Below, piece after piece: positions 40,548-49,542 of a stretch of DNA of 64,000 nucleotides. The notes beneath the pieces are model-generated. The model made no database searches. It had not been told where the DNA came from and worked only from the letters and a program-made list of their open reading frames with translations. Each line of letters opens with the position of its first letter. Position 1 is the stretch's first letter. A program made the position numbers and the translations under genes. Source of the stretch: a virus (taxonomy: Duplodnaviria > Caudoviricetes); IMG/VR virus record IMGVR_UViG_3300033741_000108, positions 38,531-102,530 of that record; one strand, written 5' to 3'.

Positions 40548-40838
40548 TTATCCCATCCCCATACTAACTGTCTCCATTATCCAACCACTTGCAACTTCCC
40601 AATCATTTTCATCTATATATTGATATCTTTCTGCTCTATGAGTTTTACCTTCTTCTTTATCATAAATCCATAGTTTACCTTGATTCCACCAATCTAAAAA
40701 TATTATACGTTGAACATCATTTTCTAAACCAGATAATACTTCTAATTTTCTACCTTCATATATTGCATTAGCTGACTTATTTATCTTTTCCATTATTTCA
40801 TCATAATTTTCTTCATTAAGTTCATGTACTTCTATCAT
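40548..40838 (-). CDS. hypothetical protein
   Basis: RBS aggaggt; SigA-like promoter at about 40868-40897 (-). Confidence 0.75.
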   Translation of the reverse strand: MIEVHELNEENYDEIMEKINKSANAIYEGRKLEVLSGLENDVQRIIFLDWWNQGKLWIYDKEEGKTHRAERYQYIDENDWEVASGWIMETVSMGMG

Positions 40839-40915
40839 ATTAACCTCCTTTAATTAATTTATAATATCATTATATAGCAACTTTCATATATTGTCAAGTA
40901 TTAATCTTATAAGTC

Positions 40916-41218
40916 TTAAACACTCTTAGCGTAAAAACCATCTGGACAATCCTTTATAGGATTTTTCCATATCTTATATCCTAGATCTAACATTTTATCA
41001 AAATCTTCTCTTATAACTAATATTGTACCGCTTTGGATATTATGACCGCAACAACTAGCGACCGTTTGTATTCCTTTATCCCATAAATCTAATATTTCAT
41101 TTTTTAAACAAGCATCAATTGAAATATATTTTTTTACTGAATTTTTAGGATAAAATCTATGTTTTAAAATAATAATATTATTATAACTACCAAATTCTAC
41201 ATTTACACAATTATACAT
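40916..41218 (-). CDS. hypothetical phage protein with SCCGH motif
   Basis: IDACL..EI..L...GIQTVASCCGH. Confidence 0.75.
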   Translation of the reverse strand: MYNCVNVEFGSYNNIIILKHRFYPKNSVKKYISIDACLKNEILDLWDKGIQTVASCCGHNIQSGTILVIREDFDKMLDLGYKIWKNPIKDCPDGFYAKSV

Positions 41219-41417
41219 ATCTACACCTCCTTTTAATATATAATATCACAACACATTATCAATGTCAATATTTAGCTACAGAATAATTATCTGGGTGTAT
41301 AATATACTCATATAACGAACACAAGCGATTTTACACCCCATAGAAGAGCTTTTTAGGTGTTGCTGGTACAATTGGTATCTAAAGCATAAAAACGCCTTCT
41401 ATGTACCTTAATATCGC

Positions 41418-41633
41418 TTATACCACTTTGTGTATATTATCTGGATGTGCTATCATAACACCAATAAATGAATCATGATAGTGATAACTGTCATTGAAGG
41501 ATTGATTATATGATAATTCCAATTGATCATTATTTATTGGATTGGTATAAATAAATATCTCATCTTTACCAATTCCTTTATCAAATAATATTGTCCATAG
41601 TGCTTTTTCTAGATATTTATTCAATCCCATCAC
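41418..41633 (-). CDS. hypothetical protein
   Basis: co-directional ORF. Confidence 0.6.
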   Translation of the reverse strand: MMGLNKYLEKALWTILFDKGIGKDEIFIYTNPINNDQLELSYNQSFNDSYHYHDSFIGVMIAHPDNIHKVV

Positions 41634-42027
41634 CCATTAATATATAGTTCTCTAATTCATTCAATTCTTCTAAGGTATCTACCCTATTAATATAAATATG
41701 ATTTTGATAACACATTGTAAAAAATTCACTATTATCATTTAAAGCGTTTCTTATTTCAACTTCTATTTCTGATATCTGAAAACTATTTAAATTTTCATGT
41801 TTATAAACATAATAGTATAAATTATATAATCTCTCAAATGCTTCATAATTCTGGTCTTCAATAATAATACGATATTCTATATCATTATCTAATTCTAAAT
41901 TATCCATTCTTAATTTCATTTGACCAGTTGTTGCTTTATTATTATATTCCCATGCTAATTCTTCTATTGCAAAAGCCTCTTCAAATAATTTATTAGACTT
42001 TTCTATAATTCTATCATACTTATTCAT
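41617..42027 (-). CDS. hypothetical protein
   Basis: RBS ggaggt. Confidence 0.7.
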   Translation of the reverse strand: MNKYDRIIEKSNKLFEEAFAIEELAWEYNNKATTGQMKLRMDNLELDNDIEYRIIIEDQNYEAFERLYNLYYYVYKHENLNSFQISEIEVEIRNALNDNSEFFTMCYQNHIYINRVDTLEELNELENYILMGDGIE

Positions 42028-42245
42028 TACTCCACCTCCTCTATTACAGCACTAAGAATATATCCATCTGAATTTTCATTGTAAGTTATTTCATCATCCT
42101 TATATTTCCATAGTGACCAATAACCATCACTATCTTGATAATATACTCTATTACCATTTTCATCAAATACTGATAAGAAATCCTCTTTTATTTCTAATCT
42201 GTAATTACCCTTTTGTAAATCAATTAATCCATTAAATATTACCAT
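42027..42245 (-). CDS. hypothetical protein with beta-hairpin repeat (start moved to 42245)
   Basis: YYQDSDGY / YNENSDGY; RBS aaggag. Confidence 0.65.
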   Translation of the reverse strand: MVIFNGLIDLQKGNYRLEIKEDFLSVFDENGNRVYYQDSDGYWSLWKYKDDEITYNENSDGYILSAVIEEVE

Positions 42246-42283
42246 TTTTATCATTCTCCTTTTTATTTTTTTATAATGTATTT

Positions 42284-42544
42284 TTAAACACAATCTCCAC
42301 AACAAACTCTTATTTTTGAAAGTTCTTTTTCTACAGCTAATTGAATATCTTTATCAAATTTATCTGCATCTTCCCACAATAATTCACCACTTGTAACGTG
42401 TTCATCGCCATCGTCATCAAACCATACACAACCAGTTGACTCACAACGATACTTTTCATTATATATTTCTTTAAAATTTACTTCTATTACAAGTCTTCCA
42501 CCACACGATTTTCCATTGTATTCTACTTTAATATATCTTTCCAT
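42284..42544 (-). CDS. hypothetical protein
   Basis: RBS gaggag; terminal CCGDCV. Confidence 0.7.
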   Translation of the reverse strand: MERYIKVEYNGKSCGGRLVIEVNFKEIYNEKYRCESTGCVWFDDDGDEHVTSGELLWEDADKFDKDIQLAVEKELSKIRVCCGDCV

Positions 42545-42565
42545 TTTGCTCCTCCTCTTATAATA

Positions 42566-42853
42566 TTAAAAATCTTCACAATTTTTTCTTTTATTAATCA
42601 AATCGTCCCTATCAATTTCATTGATAATTTCATTACTTTTGTTAAATAAATTCTTTGACGTAGCATATATATCTCTATCCATTATGCTAGACAGTATTAA
42701 ACTTTCTTTTTTTAATAATAATATTACATCATCATAAATTTGCTTTTTTATTTTATATCCACCATCTATGCGTAAAAGCAAGCTTATAACAAATGTTTCA
42801 AGACAATCTATTGCCATCAATGCATTTTTATATTCTAATAGCAATTCACTCAT
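42566..42853 (-). CDS. hypothetical protein
   Basis: RBS aggagg; upstream TTGACA/TATAAT. Confidence 0.7.
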   Translation of the reverse strand: MSELLLEYKNALMAIDCLETFVISLLLRIDGGYKIKKQIYDDVILLLKKESLILSSIMDRDIYATSKNLFNKSNEIINEIDRDDLINKRKNCEDF

Positions 42854-42991
42854 AACTTTTCCTCCTTTTTATTCTTATTCTAACTTAATTATTATTATAC
42901 TATACTATATTACCTATGTCAAGAAAAAATATAAAATAATATTTGCAAACACTCAAATACTATGTTATAATACTTAGTAGGAGGTGTTAAT

Positions 42992-43394
42992 ATGAAACTT
43001 ATTGATTTTGTAAATAACGAAATGCAAGACTTCTCAAACTTTAGTGAAGATAGATTGTTTTGATCTTTTCGATTCAAGAATATTAAATGCTGTTCATGGT
43101 GACTTTAATAATTCAAAAGAATTATCTGAATATGTGATGAAAGATGGTGATAAAATATCACTTGCTCAATGTATAATAGAATATAAAGAAAGTAACACAT
43201 TACATATTGATTTTTTAAATTCAAATGTAAAAGATATATCTGGCTTATCAGAAAGAATAATTAATAATATACAGTCTGAGTTAGGTGATGTATTTAAGAT
43301 CGATGATTTAAAAAGTAATAGAAAGAATATTTCTGGGCTTGGTAAAAAGACAATGAATAATATAATTGAATATGCAGAAAGTAAAAAAGAGTAG
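42992..43394 (+). CDS. putative HhH DNA-binding protein interrupted by a +1 frameshift at TTT-TGA (43058-43063)
   Basis: Promoter and RBS aggaggtg at ATG 42992; 23 codons then TGA; +1 frame open to 43394; C-terminal ISGLGKKT...II. Confidence 0.6.
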
Positions 43395-43403
43395 GGAGGT
43401 ATT

Positions 43404-44045
43404 CTACTCTTTTTTTAATAGTTCTAATATATCTTTTAACAAGTGGTTTACTATTTTGTCAATATCTTTATTTATATTATTTTCATATTGTCTAAAATTA
43501 TTAACAAGTCCAATCATAATTCCAATATTCCATGCTAGTTTGTATCCATATAATTCACTTTTTATTTTTTTTATATCCAATGTATCTCTAAAATCAAATT
43601 CATTATCATCTTTTTTAGAATGCCTTTGAGATATTATATTTGGGTCACTATACAAATTTACACCTATATTAATTTTGATACCAAGTCTTTTATATATTCT
43701 TAATGAGTCATTAATTATTTTTTTTAAATTACACAAATCATCGTGCTCTATCCCTTGGTGAAAAATACTTGCAATAAATGATCTGTCTAGTAATACTATA
43801 TCACAATTAGAATTTATAACTTTTTCTGAAAGAAGTTTGACTCTGTCTTTATAAAAAATATTATAAGCATCTAAATAATTCAGTTCGCCAGATAACAAAA
43901 TATCTCTATTAACGTTATAAAATGGTTGTCTTAAAACGTCTACTGTAAGATTATTTTCTAATATTTTTTGTTTCATTTTTTTTATTATAGTTGACTTACC
44001 AACTCCATTAGCCCCATCTATAACTACTATAATTGGTTTTCTCAT
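43404..44045 (-). CDS. tmk: thymidylate (dNMP) kinase
   Basis: VIDGANGVGKST, RQP, VLLDRS..SI.HQG. Confidence 0.8.
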   Translation of the reverse strand: MRKPIIVVIDGANGVGKSTIIKKMKQKILENNLTVDVLRQPFYNVNRDILLSGELNYLDAYNIFYKDRVKLLSEKVINSNCDIVLLDRSFIASIFHQGIEHDDLCNLKKIINDSLRIYKRLGIKINIGVNLYSDPNIISQRHSKKDDNEFDFRDTLDIKKIKSELYGYKLAWNIGIMIGLVNNFRQYENNINKDIDKIVNHLLKDILELLKKE

Positions 44046-44362
44046 TCCACATTCACATCCAATCCTAATTTGCTCATAGTTTCTTTTATAAACTTTTTAG
44101 TTTCAACATAATGTTCACCATATTCTTCTAACATTTTACAATCATTATCACGCAAAGTCTTCTCATATAAACTATCAAATAAATACTCGGCTTTTGTTGG
44201 ATATGTCTTATCCTTAGAAGAAACTAAATATTTACCTTTCTTATCAGTTCTTACTTTTCCATTATCATCTAATAACATTTTAGCAACAGTATAACAATTG
44301 CTATCTGACGTTATTAGATATTTACTTTTTAAGTTTTTGGATTCTATAATAATTTCCATCAA
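44042..44362 (-). CDS. hypothetical phage protein
   Basis: YLITSDSNCY; RBS gaggag. Confidence 0.7.
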   Translation of the reverse strand: MMEIIIESKNLKSKYLITSDSNCYTVAKMLLDDNGKVRTDKKGKYLVSSKDKTYPTKAEYLFDSLYEKTLRDNDCKMLEEYGEHYVETKKFIKETMSKLGLDVNVE

Positions 44363-44365
44363 AGA

Positions 44366-44560
44366 TCACTCCTCTTCATTTTCTATTTCAAAAATAACTT
44401 TTTTCATTTTTACAAATTGATTTTCCTCTTTCATAAAACAGATTTTACATACGTTATAATTCCCAAATTTTGAAGCTACTAACTTTTTTGTCTTCTGGAA
44501 ACACCTATCACATCTTTTTCTTTCATAATTGTTAATAGTATTAAATGGTATAAATACCAT
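44366..44560 (-). CDS. small Zn-finger protein
   Basis: CDRC...CKIC. Confidence 0.65.
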   Translation of the reverse strand: MVFIPFNTINNYERKRCDRCFQKTKKLVASKFGNYNVCKICFMKEENQFVKMKKVIFEIENEEE

Positions 44561-44877
44561 TATAAATCACTCCTTTTATTCACAATAACTACTATATCAA
44601 CATCGTTTTCATTTGTTACCATGATGTACTGGTTACTTTTTAATTCACCCAATCCAATATCTTTAATCCTATTCGCCTCTGCTTCATCATAAACTCTTGG
44701 TGTAATAAAAAACTGTAATAATTCCTTTTGAAAAAAATCAAGATTAGTAGTACCTAAAAAGTTAATTTCTTTCAATAGTTCATCATATTTATCTTCACTC
44801 ATCTCAATATGAGATATTGAATAATTTGTTTTGGTTTTTACTATTACTATCTTTTCTAATATTTCGTTTAATACCAT
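44560..44877 (-). CDS. hypothetical protein
   Basis: RBS aaggag. Confidence 0.7.
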   Translation of the reverse strand: MVLNEILEKIVIVKTKTNYSISHIEMSEDKYDELLKEINFLGTTNLDFFQKELLQFFITPRVYDEAEANRIKDIGLGELKSNQYIMVTNENDVDIVVIVNKRSDL

Positions 44878-44907
44878 TTTGTTCAGCTCCTTTATTTTAA
44901 TTTTAGT

Positions 44908-45126
44908 TTAGTTTGTTAATAACATTAAGGGTATAATTATTGGTGCTGTAATTATAATAAATATTTTTATATTTTCCATTAAAAAGTTTTTAGAATTTGT
45001 AATTGCATTAATAAAAGTATTTTCAAAATCATAAAATTCTACCACAAATATTGTCCAAAATATAAATAATAATGATAACAACATACAAAAAATATACGTT
45101 ATTAATGCTAATATAAAGTCAATCAT
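44908..45126 (-). CDS. small 2-TM protein
   Basis: RBS gaggagg; hydrophobic. Confidence 0.7.
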   Translation of the reverse strand: MIDFILALITYIFCMLLSLLFIFWTIFVVEFYDFENTFINAITNSKNFLMENIKIFIIITAPIIIPLMLLTN

Positions 45127-45258
45127 TTTATCCTCCTCTATAGTTTTATCTGCTATGTCCTCTGTACTTATAATTATATCATACTATTATATAATTGTCA
45201 ATGATTATTTGTATTTATTTTTATGTGCTGCTATTTAATATTATATCACTCCAAAACT

Positions 45259-46563
45259 TTAATCTATTTTTATCAACTTATTAGTCAACTTATTGTAATC
45301 TTTTACGTAATTATCGTTAAACCTTACTTTATCTGTGAATTTACTCATCAAATCATCTAATTTACTATTATCATAATCCTTGAATTTATCTCTAATATCT
45401 ATGTGCCTTTCTTCAGCACGTTTTTTTATTTGGTATACAATTAGGTCGTTTATATCCTTCATATTAAAATTTAACACACTATCTTCATTTCTCAACATAT
45501 TAGCAATTAAATCTATATTGTATGTTATTTGTGTTTTATAATTTATATCAATAACATGAATATTATAAAATAAAATTTCGTTATCCTCAATCACATTAAA
45601 TAGCATATCTTTTAAAACTTTATTTATTTCTTTATAAAAACTACTCAACCTATAATCTTTTGATCCTTCTATTTTTGATTTAATTGCAAATCTATACCAA
45701 TTAATATTATCGTAACTATCAAATCCAATATTAAATATTTCGCTATATTTATCTAATACTCTTCGTTCAGCAGTTTGATAATAAGACTCTATACTTTTTA
45801 ATTTATTCTTTATATCAACACCTTTTAAAGAACCATTTACTAATATATCTTTATAACTTGTTGTTTCTATTCTATCAGTAATATCGTCTAATTGTTCTTT
45901 GCTTAATATTTTCAGTGTCTCTTTACTTGTATTTTTATGTCCTTGTTTTAAAACCCTCCTATCAATATTATAATCAATAAATGGTGTCTCAAATATATAT
46001 TCTATTGCACCTTGATTCTTTAAATCATTGAGAGAGTCTTTTAAGTTTTTAGTGAGTTTATTTCTAACCATTGACATAAATTCATATGTTGCGTTTACAT
46101 TGTTTAATTCTACATCGACATTATCTGCTAGAAACTTTGTAGGGGAATATTGATATTTCTTAAATAGATTATTGAATGTCTTTAAATCAAATAATAACTC
46201 ATTCTTTGGAATTAAAACTACATAATCACCATCGTTTATTTTTACCCTTTTATAATTCTCTGTTAAAAGTTTTAATATTCCCAAATTCATTATACCTTTT
46301 AATGTATTAATATCTAAAAAAACTTTATCATCTGGTATATTAATTCTTTTAAATAAATATTTTCTACCATCCATATTTACTTGTTCAGTATATTTTTCTA
46401 AATATTCATCAATTATCTTGCCAGAGTTACCTTTATTTTTGCTTTCTGGTAATCCCATATAACTAATAACTTCCTTTCTATTCTTATATACCTTATCTAA
46501 TTCTAAATTCTTAATACATTTTACAATTGTTTTCTCATTTAATCTTTCAAACTTATTTTTAAT
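45259..46563 (-). CDS. hypothetical protein, putative DNA-binding, paralog of 30044; probable ATT start
   Basis: KVYKNRKEVISYMGL..KGNS; RBS aaggag 9 nt before in-frame ATT. Confidence 0.75.
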   Translation of the reverse strand: MKNKFERLNEKTIVKCIKNLELDKVYKNRKEVISYMGLPESKNKGNSGKIIDEYLEKYTEQVNMDGRKYLFKRINIPDDKVFLDINTLKGIMNLGILKLLTENYKRVKINDGDYVVLIPKNELLFDLKTFNNLFKKYQYSPTKFLADNVDVELNNVNATYEFMSMVRNKLTKNLKDSLNDLKNQGAIEYIFETPFIDYNIDRRVLKQGHKNTSKETLKILSKEQLDDITDRIETTSYKDILVNGSLKGVDIKNKLKSIESYYQTAERRVLDKYSEIFNIGFDSYDNINWYRFAIKSKIEGSKDYRLSSFYKEINKVLKDMLFNVIEDNEILFYNIHVIDINYKTQITYNIDLIANMLRNEDSVLNFNMKDINDLIVYQIKKRAEERHIDIRDKFKDYDNSKLDDLMSKFTDKVRFNDNYVKDYNKLTNKLIKID

Positions 46564-46999
46564 AACATCACTCTCCTTGATAATATACTTTAGATAACTG
46601 CCACTTACATAAACTATTATATCATACAATGATTAATTTGTCAAAAATTATTTATATATATATCAAGTTAGCTAAAGTAATAGGTCTAACTGGAGTTCTT
46701 TTAAACCACCCAAATAAGTTCTCCTATTGACCTAGAAGTTTAGCTAACTCAAAAATCAGCTAAATAATCTTCACGTGTGATAGTATAACTGATATCTAAA
46801 GTATCACACTTAGACACTCCCTCTCAATAAATAATATTATCATGCAGACAAAGCTTTAGCTTTGGATGCGACAAACAGCTTTGCTGTGCGTCAGGGTCTT
46901 CTTTATAAAGAGCAAGTTCAAAGTCAAAACACTTATCCTAGTGCAAAGAGCAGCACTAGGATAAATATATTCCTTTATTACCACCCACAAATCTAATTT

Positions 47000-47028
47000 T
47001 TGACATTAGAGTTATTGTATGATATAAT
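47000..47028 (+). promoter_or_regulatory. consensus SigA promoter
   Basis: TTGACA-17-TATAAT with TG. Confidence 0.8.
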
Positions 47029-47185
47029 ATAATTAATAGATGATATTGTTAATATAATGTATTGGAGATGATATTTATTGGTGACGAACACTATACAGAA
47101 GGAAATAGTTATCACAGAGTAATTAATAGTTTTGTGTATTTCAATGAGAGTATTAAAAAGGTAGATACCTAAAAGGAGGTGTATT

Positions 47186-47410
47186 ATGAAAAACTTTAAA
47201 TTAGCAGAGAATGATATTGATGATATTTTAGATAAATTAGATGATGGTATTACAAATGAACTAGAAAGACTAGATCACGTTATGTTATTATTAGATGCAC
47301 ATGATGATTTAGTTGATGCCTATGTGTCTGGTGAAATGATTGGTTGGGAAACTGACGATGATATCGAGGATCTTTTTAACAAGCTAGATAAATATATTGG
47401 AGCTGAATAA
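47186..47410 (+). CDS. small highly acidic protein
   Basis: RBS aggaggtg; D/E-rich. Confidence 0.75.
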   Translation: MKNFKLAENDIDDILDKLDDGITNELERLDHVMLLLDAHDDLVDAYVSGEMIGWETDDDIEDLFNKLDKYIGAE

Positions 47411-47425
47411 GAGGAGATGGTTTAA

Positions 47426-48830
47426 ATTAATGTAAAAGTTAATTTTATAGGAGAGAGTCATGAGGTTGTTAGTGGTAGCATGACTTTAGTTGAATATGGT
47501 GATAAGAGAATGCTTATAGAAGCTGGGATGACTCAATCAAATGATATGAAGACAAACTATATAAAGAATAAGCGAATGGTTGAAGAATCTAAGCCAAGCA
47601 CATTGGACTTTGTTTTTTTGATGCATTCGCATGCCTGATCATATTGGTTTAGTACCAGCACTTATTGCAAATGGGTTTGATGGTAAAATATATATACCAA
47701 GACACTCCAAACAAATAATGAGAGATATGTTGTATGATGGAGCTTATCTAGCAGGTAGGACTGCTTACTGCTTATCTACAAATAAAAAAGAATATGATGC
47801 ATTATATACTAATCATGATGTGAATATGGCATTAAATATGGTTGTTGAGTTAGATGATGTTAGAACTAATATAGATGATAATATATCTATTGAGTTATTT
47901 GATAGTGGTCATATATTATTAGCTAAACAAGCGTTATTTTATTTTAAAGATAATATGAATGAAAAGAAATTGTTATATACATCTGACTTAGGTGATAAGT
48001 CTATAAAAAATAGCTTTGCAAATAAATTGCAGCATATTAACCATGCAGATATTGTAATTTCAGAGAGTACTTACGCAGATATAGATAGAAAAGATATTGA
48101 AAGAGATAGAAAAAAAGATTTATCCAAACTTAGGAATATAATTAAACATAATAAAAAGGTAATAATACCAGCATTTTCATTAAGTCGTTCACAAAATATA
48201 TTAATTGATTTATATGATATGTATAAGGATGACACTAATTTTAATAAAAGAGTTATAGTTGATAGTCCACTTACTCAGAAAGTGTTTAATAATTATCTAA
48301 AAATATTAGAGGATACAAAACAATTTGATAAATATAATAAGTTATCTAGTGCAATAGAGTGGTATAATGTTAAATTTACTAGGAATGTGAAGGAGTCTAA
48401 ATCATTAATAGCTAAAGATATGCCACAGGTTATTATAACAAGTAGTGGTATGTTACAAGGTGGTAGAAGTGTATTCTGGACAAAGAGTATTATTAACAGA
48501 AATGATTGTGCAATAGTACTCTCTGGATATCAAGGTGTAGACACATTAGGATATAAAATAAAAAATTGGGATAGAATGAAAATAGATATAGATGATGAGA
48601 TATATGATTTTAAAGTTGAAGTAGATAGCTTGGATAGTTATTCTTCACATATACAGTATAATAGTTTATTAAAATATCTATCAAATATAAATAGTAACGA
48701 AGTATATTTACATCATGGTGATCATAATAATAAAGTAGAATTTTCAAAAGTATTAAAGCAGGAATATGAGAATAAATTTAAGACTACAAAAGTAATACCA
48801 ACTAGAAAAGATATGATAGTAGAATTTTAG
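47426..48830 (+). CDS. MBL-fold beta-CASP nuclease split by a +1 frameshift inside HxHxDH
   Basis: Frame A from ATT 47426: NVKVNFIG..VSGS..LIEAG..DFVFLMHSHA-TGA; frame B: DHIG, SGHIL, YTSDLG, SESTY, IPAFSLSRSQ, SSGMLQGG, YSSH, HHGD. Confidence 0.85.
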
Positions 48831-48854
48831 TATTGTAAATAATTAAATTAATTT

Positions 48855-48883
48855 TTGACAACTGTATAATAGTGTGATATAAT
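48855..48883 (+). promoter_or_regulatory. consensus SigA promoter for the tRNA/ncRNA cluster
   Basis: TTGACA-17-TATAAT with TG. Confidence 0.8.
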
Positions 48884-49336
48884 GGGTTTATAGTAAGAAG
48901 TTGAAGAAACTTAATTTTGTTTCTTTTCTGCGTTAAGTAATTGGATTTTGGTTGGTCACAATTTCTTAGCTAATTTAATAGAAGATTTATGTTAATCTGT
49001 ATTAGGGTTTATACAGTAAAAATAATTAAACCCATTTAATTTTAACATAAACAGTATTATAAGTATAAAAACCCTTTGGCGGACACCAAAGGGAAACATA
49101 GTTTATTTTTTATACAAAGTGATTAAAGTGAATAATTTATATTAACAAAAACTTTAGCTGACACTAAAGTGGAATAATGATTTATTTTTTATACAAAGTA
49201 ATTAAATACTAGGTCACAGTAAACCTTTTCTGAAATTGCTGAAACGTATTGCAACGTTCATTGCTTAACACAAAATACAAATCAATGACATAATTTTGTG
49301 GCGAAATTACCAGTTCTTTTTTATGTCATTAAATAT

Positions 49337-49411
49337 CTAGATGTGGGAGAGTGGTTATCCGCAAGCTTTGGGAGCTTGTCTACGCAAATTCAAATTTTGC
49401 CATCTAGACCA
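49337..49411 (+). tRNA. tRNA-Pro(UGG)
   Basis: acceptor ctagatg/catctag; anticodon arm caagc-tttggga-gcttg; CCA. Confidence 0.88.
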
Positions 49412-49465
49412 ATAGAGCTTGGGATGCCTATCGAAGAAGCAGACTAGCCCAAGCCATTTATATAA

Positions 49466-49542
49466 TGCGGGGTGGCGTGTTGGGTCGCCAATGAGGTTCA
49501 TATCCTTATCTACGCTGATTCGATTTCAGCCCACCGCATCCA
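49466..49542 (+). tRNA. tRNA-Met(CAU), initiator-like acceptor stem
   Basis: tgcgggg acceptor; tgagg-ttcatat-cctta; TTCGATT; CCA. Confidence 0.85.

Noticed and set aside
49066-49207. Possible mini-CRISPR array
   Set aside because: Only two units, and the whole unit including the would-be spacer is similar; no cas genes
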